From assembly GCA_963833985.1 (NCBI GenBank), contig CAWIAD010000002.1:1280001-1344000 (forward strand): a stretch of 64,000 bases of DNA, read 5' to 3'. Under the pieces are notes generated by a model. It had not been told where the DNA came from and made no database searches. It worked only from the letters and a program-made list of their open reading frames with translations. Positions 41,823-53,687 of the stretch are shown here, in pieces. The translations under genes were made by a program, and so were the position numbers. The DNA is from an uncultured Planctomycetaceae bacterium. GTDB lineage: Bacteria; Planctomycetota; Planctomycetia; Isosphaerales; Isosphaeraceae. Position 1 is the stretch's first letter. Each line of letters begins with the position of its first letter.

Positions 41823-41950
41823 GGGCCACACCGTTTGTTGTTATGATAATCCTGTCGCAATGTTATAAGACAACGGGCGTTCCTTGGCTCCGCAGTCTAG
41901 AGGTTTGCACAGCCGGCGGTCACCGACGTGAGGCAGCGGGTACGAGCATG

Positions 41951-42841
41951 CTACCGGCCGTTTCCCTTCGCAGTTAAAGGAGTCGTTCCCACACCGGCGA
42001 TCTCCTCGGATTGGCCCGGATCCTTCACATTCGGGAATGCGTCCTCGGGGCGCCCGTGAACCAGAGTATTCGCGCCGTCGCCTCCACGCTTCAGGAAGGC
42101 CCCCAGCAGTTCGAGCGGCAAGGGGAAGATGATCGTGGAATTCTGATCCGAGGCCACGTCCGCGAGAGCCTGGAGGTAGCGCATCTGCATCGCCATGGGA
42201 TAGGGAGTCATGATCTGCGCGGCTTGACGGAGTTTATCGGCAGCCTGGAACTCCCCCTCGGCGTTGATGACCTTCGCGCGCCGTTCGCGTTCGGCCTCGG
42301 CCTGGCGGGCCATGGACCGCTTCATCGGCTCGGGGAGATCCATGTCCTTGACTTCCACGACCGAGACTTTTACCCCCCACGGCTCGGTGTGCCCGTCAAT
42401 GATTTCTTGCAAGCGGTGGTTCACTTTATCCCGCTCCGTCAAGAGGTCATCGAGTTCTGCCTGCCCGAGCGTGCTGCGCAAGGTAGTCAACGCCACCTGG
42501 GAAGTGGCGAACAAGAAGTCGGCCACCTCCAGAACGGATCGCATTGGATCCACGACCCGGAAATAGAGCACGGCATTGACGCGGACCGAGACATTGTCCC
42601 GAGTGATGACATCTTGAGGCTCGATAACTCTCGTGATGGTCCGCAGGTCCACTCGCGTCATGCGATCGACCGGCCAGAAGACCAGGATCAGTCCCGGTCC
42701 CTTGGGCTTGGTCATGGCTCGGCCCAGGCGGAAGACAACCCCTCGCTCGTACTCGTTCAGGACGCGAATGCAGCTCAACAGGTACACGGCGACCAGTGCC
42801 AGGGCGATCCCCAAACCCATCGCGATCTCGACTAGCCACAT
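41951..42841 (-). CDS. SPFH/slipin (stomatin-like) protein
   Basis: EYERGVVFRLG, QDVITRDNV, QAEAERERRAKVI, MRYLQ; AGGAGG RBS. Confidence 0.95.
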   Translation of the reverse strand: MWLVEIAMGLGIALALVAVYLLSCIRVLNEYERGVVFRLGRAMTKPKGPGLILVFWPVDRMTRVDLRTITRVIEPQDVITRDNVSVRVNAVLYFRVVDPMRSVLEVADFLFATSQVALTTLRSTLGQAELDDLLTERDKVNHRLQEIIDGHTEPWGVKVSVVEVKDMDLPEPMKRSMARQAEAERERRAKVINAEGEFQAADKLRQAAQIMTPYPMAMQMRYLQALADVASDQNSTIIFPLPLELLGAFLKRGGDGANTLVHGRPEDAFPNVKDPGQSEEIAGVGTTPLTAKGNGR

Positions 42842-42972
42842 GACAAAACCTCCTAAGAATGGTTGTCCGGCGAGGCGGTTCGCCAGACCGAATCTCAATC
42901 TCCTGTTAGTCTTTTTTGCGGAGCATCTTTTGTGCGGCGACGCCGCAGGGTTTTGACCGGTTCGCTGCACCG

Positions 42973-43019
42973 AAAAAAAAACGGCGTGGTCCAACACCCT
43001 GAGGTATTCGACCACGCCG
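42973..43019 (-). terminator. Intrinsic terminator in the SPFH leader
   Basis: Minus strand CGGCGTGGTCGAATACC..GGTGTTGGACCACGCCG followed by T9. Confidence 0.85.
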
Positions 43020-43080
43020 GCTTACTCGTCAACGGGCCCCCCGGCAAAGCCGGGTTGCCCCTCATCTAGTCGTCCGACGA
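43014..43080 (-). ncRNA. Riboswitch-like aptamer, candidate DUF1646 (Na+-I) class
   Basis: CGTCGG..CCGGCG outer stem enclosing GGGC-AA-CCCGGC-TTT-GCCGGG-GG-GCCC; its 3' strand overlaps the terminator. The class assignment is from memory and unverified. Confidence 0.6.
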
Positions 43081-43199
43081 CCCCCGCTCATATTTTTATG
43101 GAAGTTGCTCGCTCATGCAAGCCTTCCATTCCAGAGTCATTGTCCTACCTCGAACCCAACGAAGCAAGCGCATTCTTGTAGTTTCTCACATGACAATCC

Positions 43200-43413
43200 T
43201 AAAATCAAGGGTCGCGAAAGAGATCTCTGCCTGGCCGCTCACCTGCTGTGCTGGTTCAGCTTGAATGGGAAGAACGACCGTGCTCGCCCAGCTAGCCAGA
43301 TCGGCCAGGAGCTGGGGATCAACAAGGAACGCGTTCGCCAGATCGAGGCGCACGCGGAGGCCAAGCTCCGTGAACTTGCCGGCCGCGAGGCACTCGGACC
43401 GCTGGAGATTTAA
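43200..43413 (+). pseudogene. Sigma-70 region 4 remnant
   Basis: QIGQELGINKERVRQIEAHAEAKLR; no upstream sigma domains. Confidence 0.7.
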
Positions 43414-43547
43414 GGAAAAGAAAAACCCCATGGCGATCTCCGCGCTCCGTTCGCAGAGCTCGGAAGACCACCGCCCGGCCGAACGATTCGAACGTACGCT
43501 CCTGATTCAAGTTTTGCATCCCGTCGGGCCGACATCCATTCGCCGGC

Positions 43548-43769
43548 TCACAAACCGGGGGTTGCCGGGACGGGTTCCTGCACCTTTCCACCGGGTTGAA
43601 CTGCTTCATCCATGGTCATCACGTAGGTCAAAATCCCCAGCAGCATCAGGCCCACGATGACCCAGAGACGCCAGTCCTTGTGAACCCGTCTCCACGCGGC
43701 GCGGTTTTCCCCTTCCGAGGGATTCGCATGGCGGTCCCTGTGATGCCACCCTTTTTGATGATCTCTCAT
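43548..43769 (-). CDS. Small single-TM protein
   Basis: GGAG RBS; HKDWRLWVIVGLMLLGILTYVMTMDE. Confidence 0.7.
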   Translation of the reverse strand: MRDHQKGWHHRDRHANPSEGENRAAWRRVHKDWRLWVIVGLMLLGILTYVMTMDEAVQPGGKVQEPVPATPGL

Positions 43770-43797
43770 TGATTCAAGCTCCAAGGAGGAAATTGAC

Positions 43798-44400
43798 TCA
43801 CGCGGCAGGATTTGCGTGGTGGTCATCGTTCCAGAGCAGGATGGCCGGGTCCTTCAGGGCATGCTCGTAGCCCAGGATACTCAGTGATGCAGTACTGAGC
43901 ACGAAGTGCCTGGCGTCCTCCGTGGTCAGACCAGTCCAGTGTGCGCCGAGGATTCGGAAGAACTGGCCGTGACCGAAAAGGAGGACGCGGCCTCCATCCA
44001 ACCGTAAGCGGGCGATCACACGGTCGGCACGGGCTCCCACGGCCGCGAGCGACTCACCACCCGGGCAGCCGTCCCGGAAGAGATACCAGCCTGGCCGCTC
44101 GCGGCGGACGTCGGCGGTGAGCCGGCCTTCATAATCGCCATAGTCCCATTCGATGAGGTCCGGAGCGATCTTGGCGACGGCCGCGAAGCCTGCCAGCTCG
44201 CAAGTCCGCCGCGCCCTCTGGAGCGGGCTGACCAGGACCTCGCTGAACGTGATCCCCTCGAGCCGTGCTCGCAGCTTTCTCGCGTTGTCCTCGCCACGCT
44301 CGGTCAAGGGGATATCGGTCCTTCCCGTGTGCCGGCCCTCCAGCGACCACGCCGTCTCGCCGTGGCGAGCCAGGTAAACCTCGGGTAGCGATTCGTCCAT
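43798..44400 (-). CDS. Histidine phosphatase family protein
   Basis: RHGETAWS, SPLQRARRT, EWDYGDYEG, GHG. Confidence 0.93.
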   Translation of the reverse strand: MDESLPEVYLARHGETAWSLEGRHTGRTDIPLTERGEDNARKLRARLEGITFSEVLVSPLQRARRTCELAGFAAVAKIAPDLIEWDYGDYEGRLTADVRRERPGWYLFRDGCPGGESLAAVGARADRVIARLRLDGGRVLLFGHGQFFRILGAHWTGLTTEDARHFVLSTASLSILGYEHALKDPAILLWNDDHHANPAA

Positions 44401-44466
44401 GGCGTGTTCCTTGATTCGGCCGTTCGGATGGTATCGGTCGCAGATCGGGAATGCGGGCGCGGGCGA

Positions 44467-45570
44467 TCACTTCGTCGCCGGAGCTGTATATTGCAATTGA
44501 TCCAGTGGATTGCCAACCGGAGAACCGGCGGTAGGTGGGCATTGTTTTGCAGTCATTTCCATCGCGGCATTGTATTCGCCGCGGCGTGCCGCCCGGTTGC
44601 ACCTGGCTCGATGATAAAGAGCTTGCTGTGCCGCCAAAACGTTGCCTTCTTTGCCTCGCCAGATCTCCAAGGCCGGTTGCTGGAGCGCGCGGCCGAATGA
44701 AAATGACAGCGCCCAAGGCCGTCGCGACTTGAATCGAACATTCATGGCATTCAATCGGGCCGAGGCCTGTTCGCCCGGTTGGCCGCCCGACAAGAACGCA
44801 ATCCCCGGAACGGCAGCGGGGACGGTTCGCAAAAGACAGTTCACCGTGGCGTCGGCCACCTCGTCCACCGTTTGTTGCCTGGAACAGGTCAATCCGGGAA
44901 GCACCATGTTGGGCTTCAGAATCACTCCCTCCAGCGCCACCCGCTGTGTATAGAGCTGGTCGAAGACGTTCCGCAGCACTTCCTCCGTGACAGCGCGGCA
45001 CCGCTCCAGGGTATGCTCGCCGTCCATGAGCACTTCCGGCTCGACGACGGGGACCAGTCCGGCTTCCTGGCACAATGCGGCATAGCGAGCCAGCGCCTGT
45101 GCATTGGCCTCCATGCAGCCTCGACTGGGAATGCCAGTGTCCAAGGCGATCACCGCTCGCCACTTGGCAAAGCGCGCACCCATTTGAGAATACTCTTTGA
45201 GGCGCGCTCGCAATCCGTCCAGACCTTCGGTGATTCTTTCTCCGGGATGACCGGCCAGGACCTTGGCACCGGTGTCAACCTTGATGCCGGGAATGATTCC
45301 CGCATCGACGATGACTTTGACGAAGGGAGTGCCATCCTTCTTCTTCTGGCGGATCGTCTCGTCATAGAGGATTGCACCACTGATGAACTCACCGAGGCTG
45401 CGCGTGGTAACAATCAGCTCTCGATAGGCTCGGCGGGCCTCCTCTGTCTGGGGAATACCCAACCTGGCAAATCGTTTGTCGCAGGTGGGAACACTCTCAT
45501 CCATCGCCAGCAGTCCCTTGTCGTCAGCGATCAGGGTGTTCGCGGTATCTATCAACTCTTGCGCGTTCAT
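44467..45570 (-). CDS. Class I fructose-bisphosphate aldolase
   Basis: [46 protein letters not shown]. Confidence 0.95.
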   Translation of the reverse strand: MNAQELIDTANTLIADDKGLLAMDESVPTCDKRFARLGIPQTEEARRAYRELIVTTRSLGEFISGAILYDETIRQKKKDGTPFVKVIVDAGIIPGIKVDTGAKVLAGHPGERITEGLDGLRARLKEYSQMGARFAKWRAVIALDTGIPSRGCMEANAQALARYAALCQEAGLVPVVEPEVLMDGEHTLERCRAVTEEVLRNVFDQLYTQRVALEGVILKPNMVLPGLTCSRQQTVDEVADATVNCLLRTVPAAVPGIAFLSGGQPGEQASARLNAMNVRFKSRRPWALSFSFGRALQQPALEIWRGKEGNVLAAQQALYHRARCNRAARRGEYNAAMEMTAKQCPPTAGSPVGNPLDQLQYTAPATK

Positions 45571-48026
45571 TTAGGGGTGCTCCACTTCCAGTCTTGGATC
45601 TCGGGCATGTCCACGCCGTGCTTGTCGATGTACCGCTTGTGCTCGATCAGCTTGTCTTGAAGCTGTTGCTTGAGATAGGTCCCCTTGGTACCCGTCTGGG
45701 GAAGGCGATCGATCGTGTCCATTACCAGGTGGAAGCGATCCATGTCATTCATGACCGTCATGTCGAAGGCGGTCGTGATCGTGCCCTCTTCCTTGTAGCC
45801 TCGGACGTGCAGATTGCGATTGGCCCTGCGGTACGTCAGCCGGTGGATCAGCCAGGGGTATCCGTGGAAGGCAAAGATGATGTGTTTGTCCTTCGTGAAC
45901 AGCGAATCATAATCCAGGTCGCTCATCCCGTGCGGACCCTCGGTGTCGGGTTCCAGCTTCATGAGATCGACGACATTGACCACCCGGATCTTGAGATCGG
46001 GAAGGTGTTCACGAAGAATGGAAACGGCGGCCAGCGTCTCCAGTGTGGGGACGTCGCCGCAACAGGCCATCACCACGTCCGGCTCACCGCCCTGATCGTT
46101 ACTGGCCCATTGCCAGATGCCGATCCCCTCCGTGCAATGCGCGACGGCGGCATCCGTGGTCAGCCACTGGGGGGCATCGTGCTTGCCGCAGACCATGACA
46201 TTGATGTAGTTCAGGCTGCGCAGACAATGATCCATGGTCGACAGCAGACAGTTGGCGTCGGGTGGCAGGTAGACGCGCACCATCTCGGATTTCTTGTTGA
46301 CGACGTGGTCGATGAAGCCGGGATCCTGGTGCGTGAAGCCGTTGTGATCCTGCCGCCAGACGTGGGAAGTCAGCAGGTAGTTCAGTGAAGCGATATCCCT
46401 CCGCCACGGCAGTTCCGCACACATCTTCAGCCACTTGGCGTGCTGGGTGAACATCGAATCGACGATACGGATGAACGCCTCGTAACTATTGAAAAGCCCG
46501 TGCCGCCCTGTCAGCAGGTACCCCTCCAGCCAGCCCTCGCATTGATGCTCGCTGAGCATCTCCATGACGTCTCCGCTGGTCTCGAGGAACTCATCGTTCT
46601 CCTCGGTCGCAGCTTCCCACTGCCGATTGGTAACCTCAAAGACGGCCTCGAGCCGATTGGAGATTGTCTCGTCAGGACCGAACACGCGGAAGTTGCGCGG
46701 ATGCTCGTTCAGCTTGATGACGTCCCGCAAGAATGGGCCCAGCACATGCACATTGCCGGCCACGACGGCGGTAGGCGCTGGGACTTTGACGGCGTAGTTA
46801 CGGAAGTCAGGCATGCGGAGTTCGCGCAGAAGTTTTCCACCGTTGGCATGGGGATTGGCGCCCATTCGTCGGTCGCCCTTTGGCGCCAGGTCGGCCAGCT
46901 CGGACAGGAGCCGACCTTGCTTGTCGAAGAGTTCCTCCGGCTTGTAGCTGCGTAACCAGCTCTCGAGCTGCTGGAGATGCTCGGGAGGAGTCGTTGAAGA
47001 CACGGAGAGCGGCACCTGGTGCGCTCGGAACGTACCCTCGACCGGCAGCCCATCGATGATTTTCGGTCCGGTCCAGCCTTTGAGCGATCTGAGCACGATC
47101 ATCGGCCAGCGCGGGCGTGTGGCGTCGCCCTGGGTGCGGGCTTCGTGCTGGATCTTCTGGATTTGCTCCACCACCTTATCGAGGGTTGCGGCCATGGTCT
47201 GGTGCATCTCGGCCGGTTCTTCTCCCTCGACGAAGAAAGGCGTCCAACCGTAGCCGCGGAACAACTGGTCAAGTTCCTCGTGGGTGATGCGCGCGAGCAC
47301 CGTCGGGTTGGAGATCTTATAGCCATTGAGGTGCAAGATCGGCAGCACCACGCCGTCGCTGACCGGGTCGAGGAATTTGTTGGAATGCCATGCGGTGGCC
47401 AGTGGGCCGGTCTCAGCCTCGCCGTCGCCGACGATACAAGCGACGATCAGCTCGGGATTGTCAAACGCGGCCCCGAAGGCATGGCTGATCGAATACCCCA
47501 GCTCGCCTCCCTCATGAATCGAACCCGGTGTTTGGGGCGAAACGTGACTGGAGATGCCTCCGGGAAAGGAGAACTGCTGGAACAGTTTCTGAAGCCCGGC
47601 CTCATCCTGGCTGACGTTGGGATAGACCTCGCTGTAGGTGCCCTCGAGGTAGACGTTGCCAACGACCGCCGGAGCGCCGTGCCCGGGGCCGGAAATGTAG
47701 ATCATGTTGAGGTCATGCTCCTTGATGACCCGGTTCAGATGGGCGTAGATGAAGTTCTGTCCGGGAGTCGTGCCCCAGTGTCCCAGCAGCAGTTGCTTCA
47801 CGTGCTTCAGCTTCAGCGGCTCCCGCAGCAAAGGGTTTCCGCAGAGGTAGATCTGGGCGACCGACAGGTAATTCGCGGCCCGCCAGTAGGCATGGATCTT
47901 GCGAAGCTGTTCCAGGTCGAGGGGACCTTTCTTGTCCGGCGACTGCGACGCCCGAATCGTCGGGGGCGGGGCAGTGCGGAGTCTTCTCCGCTCGGGTTGG
48001 CTCTGCTTGACCGTGAATTTCGACAT
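45567..48026 (-). CDS. xfp: Xylulose-5P/fructose-6P phosphoketolase
   Basis: [48 protein letters not shown]. Confidence 0.96.
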   Translation of the reverse strand: MSKFTVKQSQPERRRLRTAPPPTIRASQSPDKKGPLDLEQLRKIHAYWRAANYLSVAQIYLCGNPLLREPLKLKHVKQLLLGHWGTTPGQNFIYAHLNRVIKEHDLNMIYISGPGHGAPAVVGNVYLEGTYSEVYPNVSQDEAGLQKLFQQFSFPGGISSHVSPQTPGSIHEGGELGYSISHAFGAAFDNPELIVACIVGDGEAETGPLATAWHSNKFLDPVSDGVVLPILHLNGYKISNPTVLARITHEELDQLFRGYGWTPFFVEGEEPAEMHQTMAATLDKVVEQIQKIQHEARTQGDATRPRWPMIVLRSLKGWTGPKIIDGLPVEGTFRAHQVPLSVSSTTPPEHLQQLESWLRSYKPEELFDKQGRLLSELADLAPKGDRRMGANPHANGGKLLRELRMPDFRNYAVKVPAPTAVVAGNVHVLGPFLRDVIKLNEHPRNFRVFGPDETISNRLEAVFEVTNRQWEAATEENDEFLETSGDVMEMLSEHQCEGWLEGYLLTGRHGLFNSYEAFIRIVDSMFTQHAKWLKMCAELPWRRDIASLNYLLTSHVWRQDHNGFTHQDPGFIDHVVNKKSEMVRVYLPPDANCLLSTMDHCLRSLNYINVMVCGKHDAPQWLTTDAAVAHCTEGIGIWQWASNDQGGEPDVVMACCGDVPTLETLAAVSILREHLPDLKIRVVNVVDLMKLEPDTEGPHGMSDLDYDSLFTKDKHIIFAFHGYPWLIHRLTYRRANRNLHVRGYKEEGTITTAFDMTVMNDMDRFHLVMDTIDRLPQTGTKGTYLKQQLQDKLIEHKRYIDKHGVDMPEIQDWKWSTPK

Positions 48027-48077
48027 CGTCTGGCTCCTTGATCACTTCTCGTTGGTGTGAATTCTTGATGGTAAAAA

Positions 48078-49340
48078 TCATGATGGCCGGGCCGTGAGAC
48101 AAGCCGCGGCCCTGGCAATCATCAGCTCTTCGTCTGTGCGGATGACCCGAACCTTGACCGGACCCTGGTCGGTCGAGATCAGCAGATCGCTCGATGCGTT
48201 GCGGCCTTCGTCCAGGGAGATTCCGAGGAATTCCAGGCCAGTGCAGATCCGGCGGCGGATCTCGGGTGCGTTCTCACCGATCCCCGCGGAGAATACGAGT
48301 GTGTCCAGCCCGCCGAGCGCGGCGGCAAACGCGCCGATCCACTTTCTCGCCTGGTAGCAGAACAGTTCGATCGCCTCGGCCGCGCGGACATCGCCTTTCT
48401 CCCGTTTCAGGAGATCGCGCACGTCGGAGCTGGTTTCCGAGACGCCCAGCAAGCCGGACTTGTGGTTCACGAGGCTGTCGAACTGGACGGCCGTCATTCC
48501 TTCGACCCGCGCGAGGAACCGGACCAGCCCCGGATCGATGTCACCTGTGCGCGTACCCATGACCAATCCGGATGCCGGTGTGAAGCCCATGGTCGTGTCG
48601 ACAGATTGGCCACCGCGGACTGCCGCGAGGCTCGCCCCGGCGCCAAGGTGTGCCAGGATGATACGGCCCTGGGCTTCTTCTGGGCCGACGAGTCGGGCCA
48701 GCTCCTCCATCAGATAGGCGTACGAAAGGCCGTGGAAGCCATACCGCCGCACCCCGGCAGCCTCGAACCGCCGCGGGATCGGCAAAATCTGGGCGACGCG
48801 GGGCATGTCGTGATGAAATGCGGTGTCGAAGCACACCACCTGGGGTAAGTCTGGATCATGGTTTCGGAACGCCTCGATCAGTTCGATCTCGCCCGGCATG
48901 TGATCAGGGTCGTACGAGCGAATCTTCCGCAATTCGTCGATCAGATTGGCCGTGACCCGCTCGGGCTGATGGTAGCGACTCCCTCCATCAACGACGCGAT
49001 GACCGACCCCGGCGATCTCCGCGAACCCGACTTCGCGCTGGAGCCAATCGATCAGCAGGTGGACGGCGGCCTTCTGGTCCGGGGCATCGATCGGCCGATC
49101 CTCCTTGCGACCGCCTCCGCCCTGGGTCATGACCCATCGGGCATGCTCGAGCCCGATCCGGTCGACCCGTCCGGACAGGAGCCGCGCTGACGGATCGGTG
49201 CGATCGAAGAGCGCGAACTTGAGGCTCGATGATCCGCCGTTAATGGTCAGGATGGTCGAACGTCCCGGACTTCCGGACCCAGGAGTCTGGGAACCGAAAC
49301 CAGCATTGAGGTCATGAACGTGATGTTTTGATTGAGACAT
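48078..49340 (-). CDS. ackA: Acetate/propionate kinase
   Basis: INGGSSSLK, GHRVV, FDTAFH, RRYGFHGLS, TMGFTP, IGEN, TDEE. Confidence 0.94.
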   Translation of the reverse strand: MSQSKHHVHDLNAGFGSQTPGSGSPGRSTILTINGGSSSLKFALFDRTDPSARLLSGRVDRIGLEHARWVMTQGGGGRKEDRPIDAPDQKAAVHLLIDWLQREVGFAEIAGVGHRVVDGGSRYHQPERVTANLIDELRKIRSYDPDHMPGEIELIEAFRNHDPDLPQVVCFDTAFHHDMPRVAQILPIPRRFEAAGVRRYGFHGLSYAYLMEELARLVGPEEAQGRIILAHLGAGASLAAVRGGQSVDTTMGFTPASGLVMGTRTGDIDPGLVRFLARVEGMTAVQFDSLVNHKSGLLGVSETSSDVRDLLKREKGDVRAAEAIELFCYQARKWIGAFAAALGGLDTLVFSAGIGENAPEIRRRICTGLEFLGISLDEGRNASSDLLISTDQGPVKVRVIRTDEELMIARAAACLTARPS

Positions 49341-49386
49341 AGCTGATTCTGCAAATAGTGACGAGATGAGGTCATAGCGATGCATA

Positions 49387-50283
49387 TCAACGAATGTTTT
49401 CCTTGGAAAGAGATTCGTAACCGGATAGAACGTCGAATAATTCCTCATCAATGGAAGTCTGGCGCAAGCGTCGGAATGTCTGATTCAGGGTTCCCAGAAG
49501 GTCGTCGATGTTTTTCTCGGCTCGCTGCATGGCGGCCAGGCGGCTCGCGTTTTCTGCGGCCAAAGATTCGGCGCAGGCCCTGTAAATAGAGACGAAAAGA
49601 TACTCCCGCACGAGCGTCTCCAGCGTCCGTTCGTGGTCCCCGATGACCTCGGGCAGGTTCCTGGTCGGCCAGGGAAGATGAGCCAGCCTGATTTGCCATT
49701 TTTCATCCAGGGGGAGCAGGCGTTGACTGACAGGTTCGTAGGCCGCCCCGGCCTTGGGGCGATTGTGGAAGAGGAAGAGTTGACCAGAGTCTCCCTTGCG
49801 GTGATGTGCTTCACTTTCAACCAAAATCTGACCGACGAGTGGGGTGATGGCATTCACGGAAGTCGGAACGTTGAAAACGCCCGAGGGCGGGAGACCGGCA
49901 TCGGCCAGCCGCGCTCGAACGCGATCACCCACCGCCCAGACTCTCTTTGCGTCAGAAACAAGTTCGAGTTCCTTGGCGACAAAATCCGCCAGCAGATCAT
50001 TGAACTGGCCGACGAGTCCCTGGTCCGAGCCGAAGACGATGGCGCTAACCACCTTCGCGCCAGCGCCAGGCAGTTCGGCTTGCTCGATCGCGTTCGTCCT
50101 CAGACTCCTCAGGCATACGCCCAGCCCCAGTTCCACGGTGCGATCATAGTCCGCCAGGGCAAGCACCGAGTTCTCAAACTGTCCGATGCTGGCGGCTGCC
50201 AGGGCCTTCATCGAGCGGACAACGGATTCCAGGTCTCCCGCCCCGCCGATCTTGCGGCGCAGGCTTGCCAATGTATCGCTCAT
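49387..50283 (-). CDS. atpG: N-ATPase gamma subunit
   Basis: [35 protein letters not shown]. Confidence 0.93.
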   Translation of the reverse strand: MSDTLASLRRKIGGAGDLESVVRSMKALAAASIGQFENSVLALADYDRTVELGLGVCLRSLRTNAIEQAELPGAGAKVVSAIVFGSDQGLVGQFNDLLADFVAKELELVSDAKRVWAVGDRVRARLADAGLPPSGVFNVPTSVNAITPLVGQILVESEAHHRKGDSGQLFLFHNRPKAGAAYEPVSQRLLPLDEKWQIRLAHLPWPTRNLPEVIGDHERTLETLVREYLFVSIYRACAESLAAENASRLAAMQRAEKNIDDLLGTLNQTFRRLRQTSIDEELFDVLSGYESLSKENIR

Positions 50284-51838
50284 GGCTTCTTCTCGGAGTT
50301 GGTAGCGGATTCTGGTTGAAAGGGCGCGATTGCTCTGGCGACAAGTTGCAGAATCGCTTTGCGGTCCTCGTCGCGCAACTTTTCATTCGAGGAAAACCGC
50401 TGGCGAATTTCTGTCGGCATGTCCGCGACCCCCTTTCTCAGCGATTGCTCGGCATCTCCCACCTTACTGATCGGCACACTGTCGAGGAGACCGCCGGTCA
50501 AGGCCATGAGGATGACGATCTGTTCGGGGACGGACGCTGGTTCGAGCTCCGGCTGTTTGAGGATGGCCCGGATTCGCTGGCCATGGTCGATGATCTTGCG
50601 GGTGTGTTCATCAAGCCGTGTGCCGAACTTGGCGAAGGACTCCAGTTCGGTGAACTGCGCATAAGCGAGCTTCAGATCGCCCGCCACGGCTCGGTAGGCC
50701 GCCCACTGTGCCTTGCCGCCAACGCGTGAGACGGACTTACCAACATCGACCGCGGGCAGTACGCCCAGATCGAATAAGGTCGGCGACAGGTAAATCTGGC
50801 CGTCCGTGATGGAGATGAGATTCGTCGGAATGTACGCAGAGATGTTTTGCGCCTCGGTCTCGATGATTGGCAAGGCGGTGAGCGAACCGCCCTTGAGATC
50901 GTCGCGAAGATGGGTGGCACGCTCCAGTAGCCGCGAGTGGATATAGAAGATATCGCCGGGAAACGCCTCGCGTCCTGGTGGACGGCGGAGCAGCAGCGAG
51001 ATCTCGCGATAAGCGCGGGCGTGCTGGGTCAAGTCATCGTAGACGATAAGTACGTTGCGGCCCGCTTCCATGAAGTGCTCCGCGATGCTGGTCGCGGCGT
51101 AGGGCGCGATGAAGGTGAGCCCGGGTGGGTCGTTGCCTTTGGTCACGACGACGACCGTGTAATCCAATGCGCCTTTTTGCGCAGGTTGGCGATAACCTTG
51201 GCTACGGCGGACGCACGCTGTCCGATCGCGCAATAGACGCACAGTACATTCTGGTCGCGCTGGTTCAGTATGGTGTCGATCGCGATGGCGGACTTGCCGG
51301 TTTGCCGGTCGCCAAGGATCAGCTCGCGCTGGCCGCGGCCAATCGGAATCAGCGCATCGATGACGATGATTCCGGTTTGCAGAGGCACCGAGACGAGAGC
51401 GCGGTCCATGATTGGCCTGGCGGGGCGCTCGATAGGCAAACGCTGGCTGGAGACAACCGGCCCCTTGCCATCGAGTGGTCCGCCGATCGGATCGATGACG
51501 CGGCCGATCAGTCCCTCGCCCACAGGTACGTCCATCACGCGACCCGTGCGCTCAACCTCATCACCTACGTGCAAGTGCTGATATTCGCCAAGGAGCACGA
51601 CGCCGATCTCGTCCGAATCGACGTTGAAGGCGATGCCGAACAGATCGACGGGAAACCTCACGAGCTCATCAAATCCCACGCCCGGCAGGCCCGAGACTTT
51701 GGCAATGCCGGTGGAGACGCTCGTGATCGTGCCCACCTCGCGCGGCGTCAATCGCGGCGTGAACGCTTGCAGCGTCCGGTCGATACCCGCGAATGCCTGG
51801 TCGAAGACAGTATGTAAGCTATCAGTAGAGTTACTCAA
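50280..51838 (-). CDS. atpA: N-ATPase alpha subunit (frameshift ~51176)
   Basis: [31 protein letters not shown] across two ORFs. Confidence 0.93.
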
Positions 51839-52700
51839 TGGTCCGCCTTTGGGGCTGCGGCCACCAGTACAGGCCCGTTTCTGGGTTCTCGCTTCGATAC
51901 GAGTTTGACAGCGGCCTTCGGGTCGGGCTTGATTTCGGTCCTGGCATCCTGGTTCAGAAGTTCGCCCGCGCTCTTTTCCAGCGTCGAGAGATAATCCGCT
52001 ATGCTCCAGGCGATCTTGTGTCCATTGGTGGAGAGATCAATGCCGCAGACCAGCTCCGGCGCGGTCTCGAACTGGACTTCAGCCTCCGGGGCGAAGGTTT
52101 CCTTCACCGCACTCTCGATCGCACTTTTTTGTGCCGGTGGCAGATCGAACGTGCTATGCACACTTACTTGATGGTTTGAGGATTTGAAGGCGGTCGCCAT
52201 CTGTTCCCTGGGCGCTCCGGTCAACGCACGAATGCGGCAAACGAAGACGTCGCACATGCGATCCTCGAGGCTCGTGCCGGCCAGGTCCGTCAGCGTCTTG
52301 CGCGTGATGGCGAAGACCTGCTTCTGGGTCCAGCGGATGATCTCTTGATTCAGGTTAATCTGCTCGCTCTGCAACGCGCTCTGACGCTTGCGCGCAAGGC
52401 ATCAGCATCTTTTCGTGCTTCGTCGAGCAGCCGCGTACGTTCGGCTTTGGCCTCGTCCGTGGCCTTGTTCAAGAGTGCTGCCCGCTCCTCGTCAAAGACC
52501 GCATTCTTGTGCTGAAAGTCGTCGCGTTCCTTTTGCGCTTCGGCTTTCTTCGCCTCGGCGTGCGCGAGCTGAGTGGCGATCCCTTTCTCCCGTTCATCGA
52601 TCGCGTGGAGGATGGGTCTGTAAAGGAATCGCTTCAACAACCACACCAGGATGAGGAAGTTGATTGCCTGGGCGAGGACCGTGAACCAGTTGATGAGCAT
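51835..52700 (-). CDS. atpF: N-ATPase b subunit with delta-like C-terminus (frameshift ~52388)
   Basis: MLINWFTVLAQAINFLILVWLLKRFLY, coiled coil, PELVCGIDL..KIAWS. Confidence 0.9.
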
Positions 52701-52703
52701 GGC

Positions 52704-52985
52704 TTACTTTCCTGTGGCTTTATCAATGACCTGGTGCCAGAACGGGTTGGCGAAGATCAAGATCATAGAGATCACGAGACAGTAGATGGCGATGGATTCG
52801 ATCATCGCCAAGCCCACGAACAAGGTTCGTGTGATGGTACTGGCGGCGTCGGGCTGTTGTGCGAGCGAGCTCAGGGCAGTCGAGACGGCCCGTCCTTCAC
52901 CCAGCGCGGGGGCGATACTCCCCAGTGCGATCGTGATCCCGGCAGTGATGATCGAGGCGATGGCGATAATGGTCATGCTGTCCAT
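52704..52985 (-). CDS. atpE: N-ATPase c subunit
   Basis: PALGEG, QQP loop, AMIESIAIY. Confidence 0.95.
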   Translation of the reverse strand: MDSMTIIAIASIITAGITIALGSIAPALGEGRAVSTALSSLAQQPDAASTITRTLFVGLAMIESIAIYCLVISMILIFANPFWHQVIDKATGK

Positions 52986-53015
52986 GGCTGTCCTTTCGTC
53001 GCTGATGGTCAAGGT

Positions 53016-53687
53016 TCATGCTGCGCGGGGTCGCGTAGCGGCCGCAATGTATACGGTGGCGAGGATGCTGAATATGTACGCCTGTACCATGCCGGTCAGC
53101 AAGCCGAGGAGGTACATGAAGTCAGGAAAGATGAGGGGCGTGATCGTGAGCAAGATGGCGACAATCATCGTCCCGCTCATGATGTTGCCAAACAGACGCA
53201 TGGCCAGTGCAAATGTGCGCGACACCTCGCTGATGATGTTGAACGGCAACATGATCCACGTCGGCTTCAAGTAAGACTTCAGGTAACCGCCCGACCCTTG
53301 GCCCCCGATGCCGAAGATGGGCACCGCGACAAACACCGAGATCGCCAGCGCCGACGTGGTGGAGAGCGAACCCGTCGGTGCTTCGTATCCCGGGATGATC
53401 GCACAGAGGTTGGACACGGCGATGAACAGGAACAAGGTCCCCAAAAAGCCCAGATATTTCGCCGGATTGTGGAGGCCCACTTCCTCGATCTGGTCCTCGA
53501 TCGTGGTGACCACGATCTCGAGGAAACCTTGCCAGCGCGAGATGTGCACTTCGGTCACAAGCTTGCGCGTGGTCAGCCACGAGCCAACGGCCATGACGAA
53601 CATCAACATCCAGGTGGTGACGATCGTGCTATTGAGCACGAGAAACTTGTACTGGACGAAAACCAGGTCATCGGGTGAAAGGCGCAA
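53016..53687 (-). CDS. atpB: N-ATPase a subunit
   Basis: SRWQ, PTGSLSTT, ALAMRLFGNIMSG, QAYIF; TTG start. Confidence 0.94.
   Translation of the reverse strand: MRLSPDDLVFVQYKFLVLNSTIVTTWMLMFVMAVGSWLTTRKLVTEVHISRWQGFLEIVVTTIEDQIEEVGLHNPAKYLGFLGTLFLFIAVSNLCAIIPGYEAPTGSLSTTSALAISVFVAVPIFGIGGQGSGGYLKSYLKPTWIMLPFNIISEVSRTFALAMRLFGNIMSGTMIVAILLTITPLIFPDFMYLLGLLTGMVQAYIFSILATVYIAAATRPRAA

Noticed and set aside
41832..41876. AT-rich imperfect palindrome before the RND gene
   Set aside because: Too degenerate to call as an operator or terminator.
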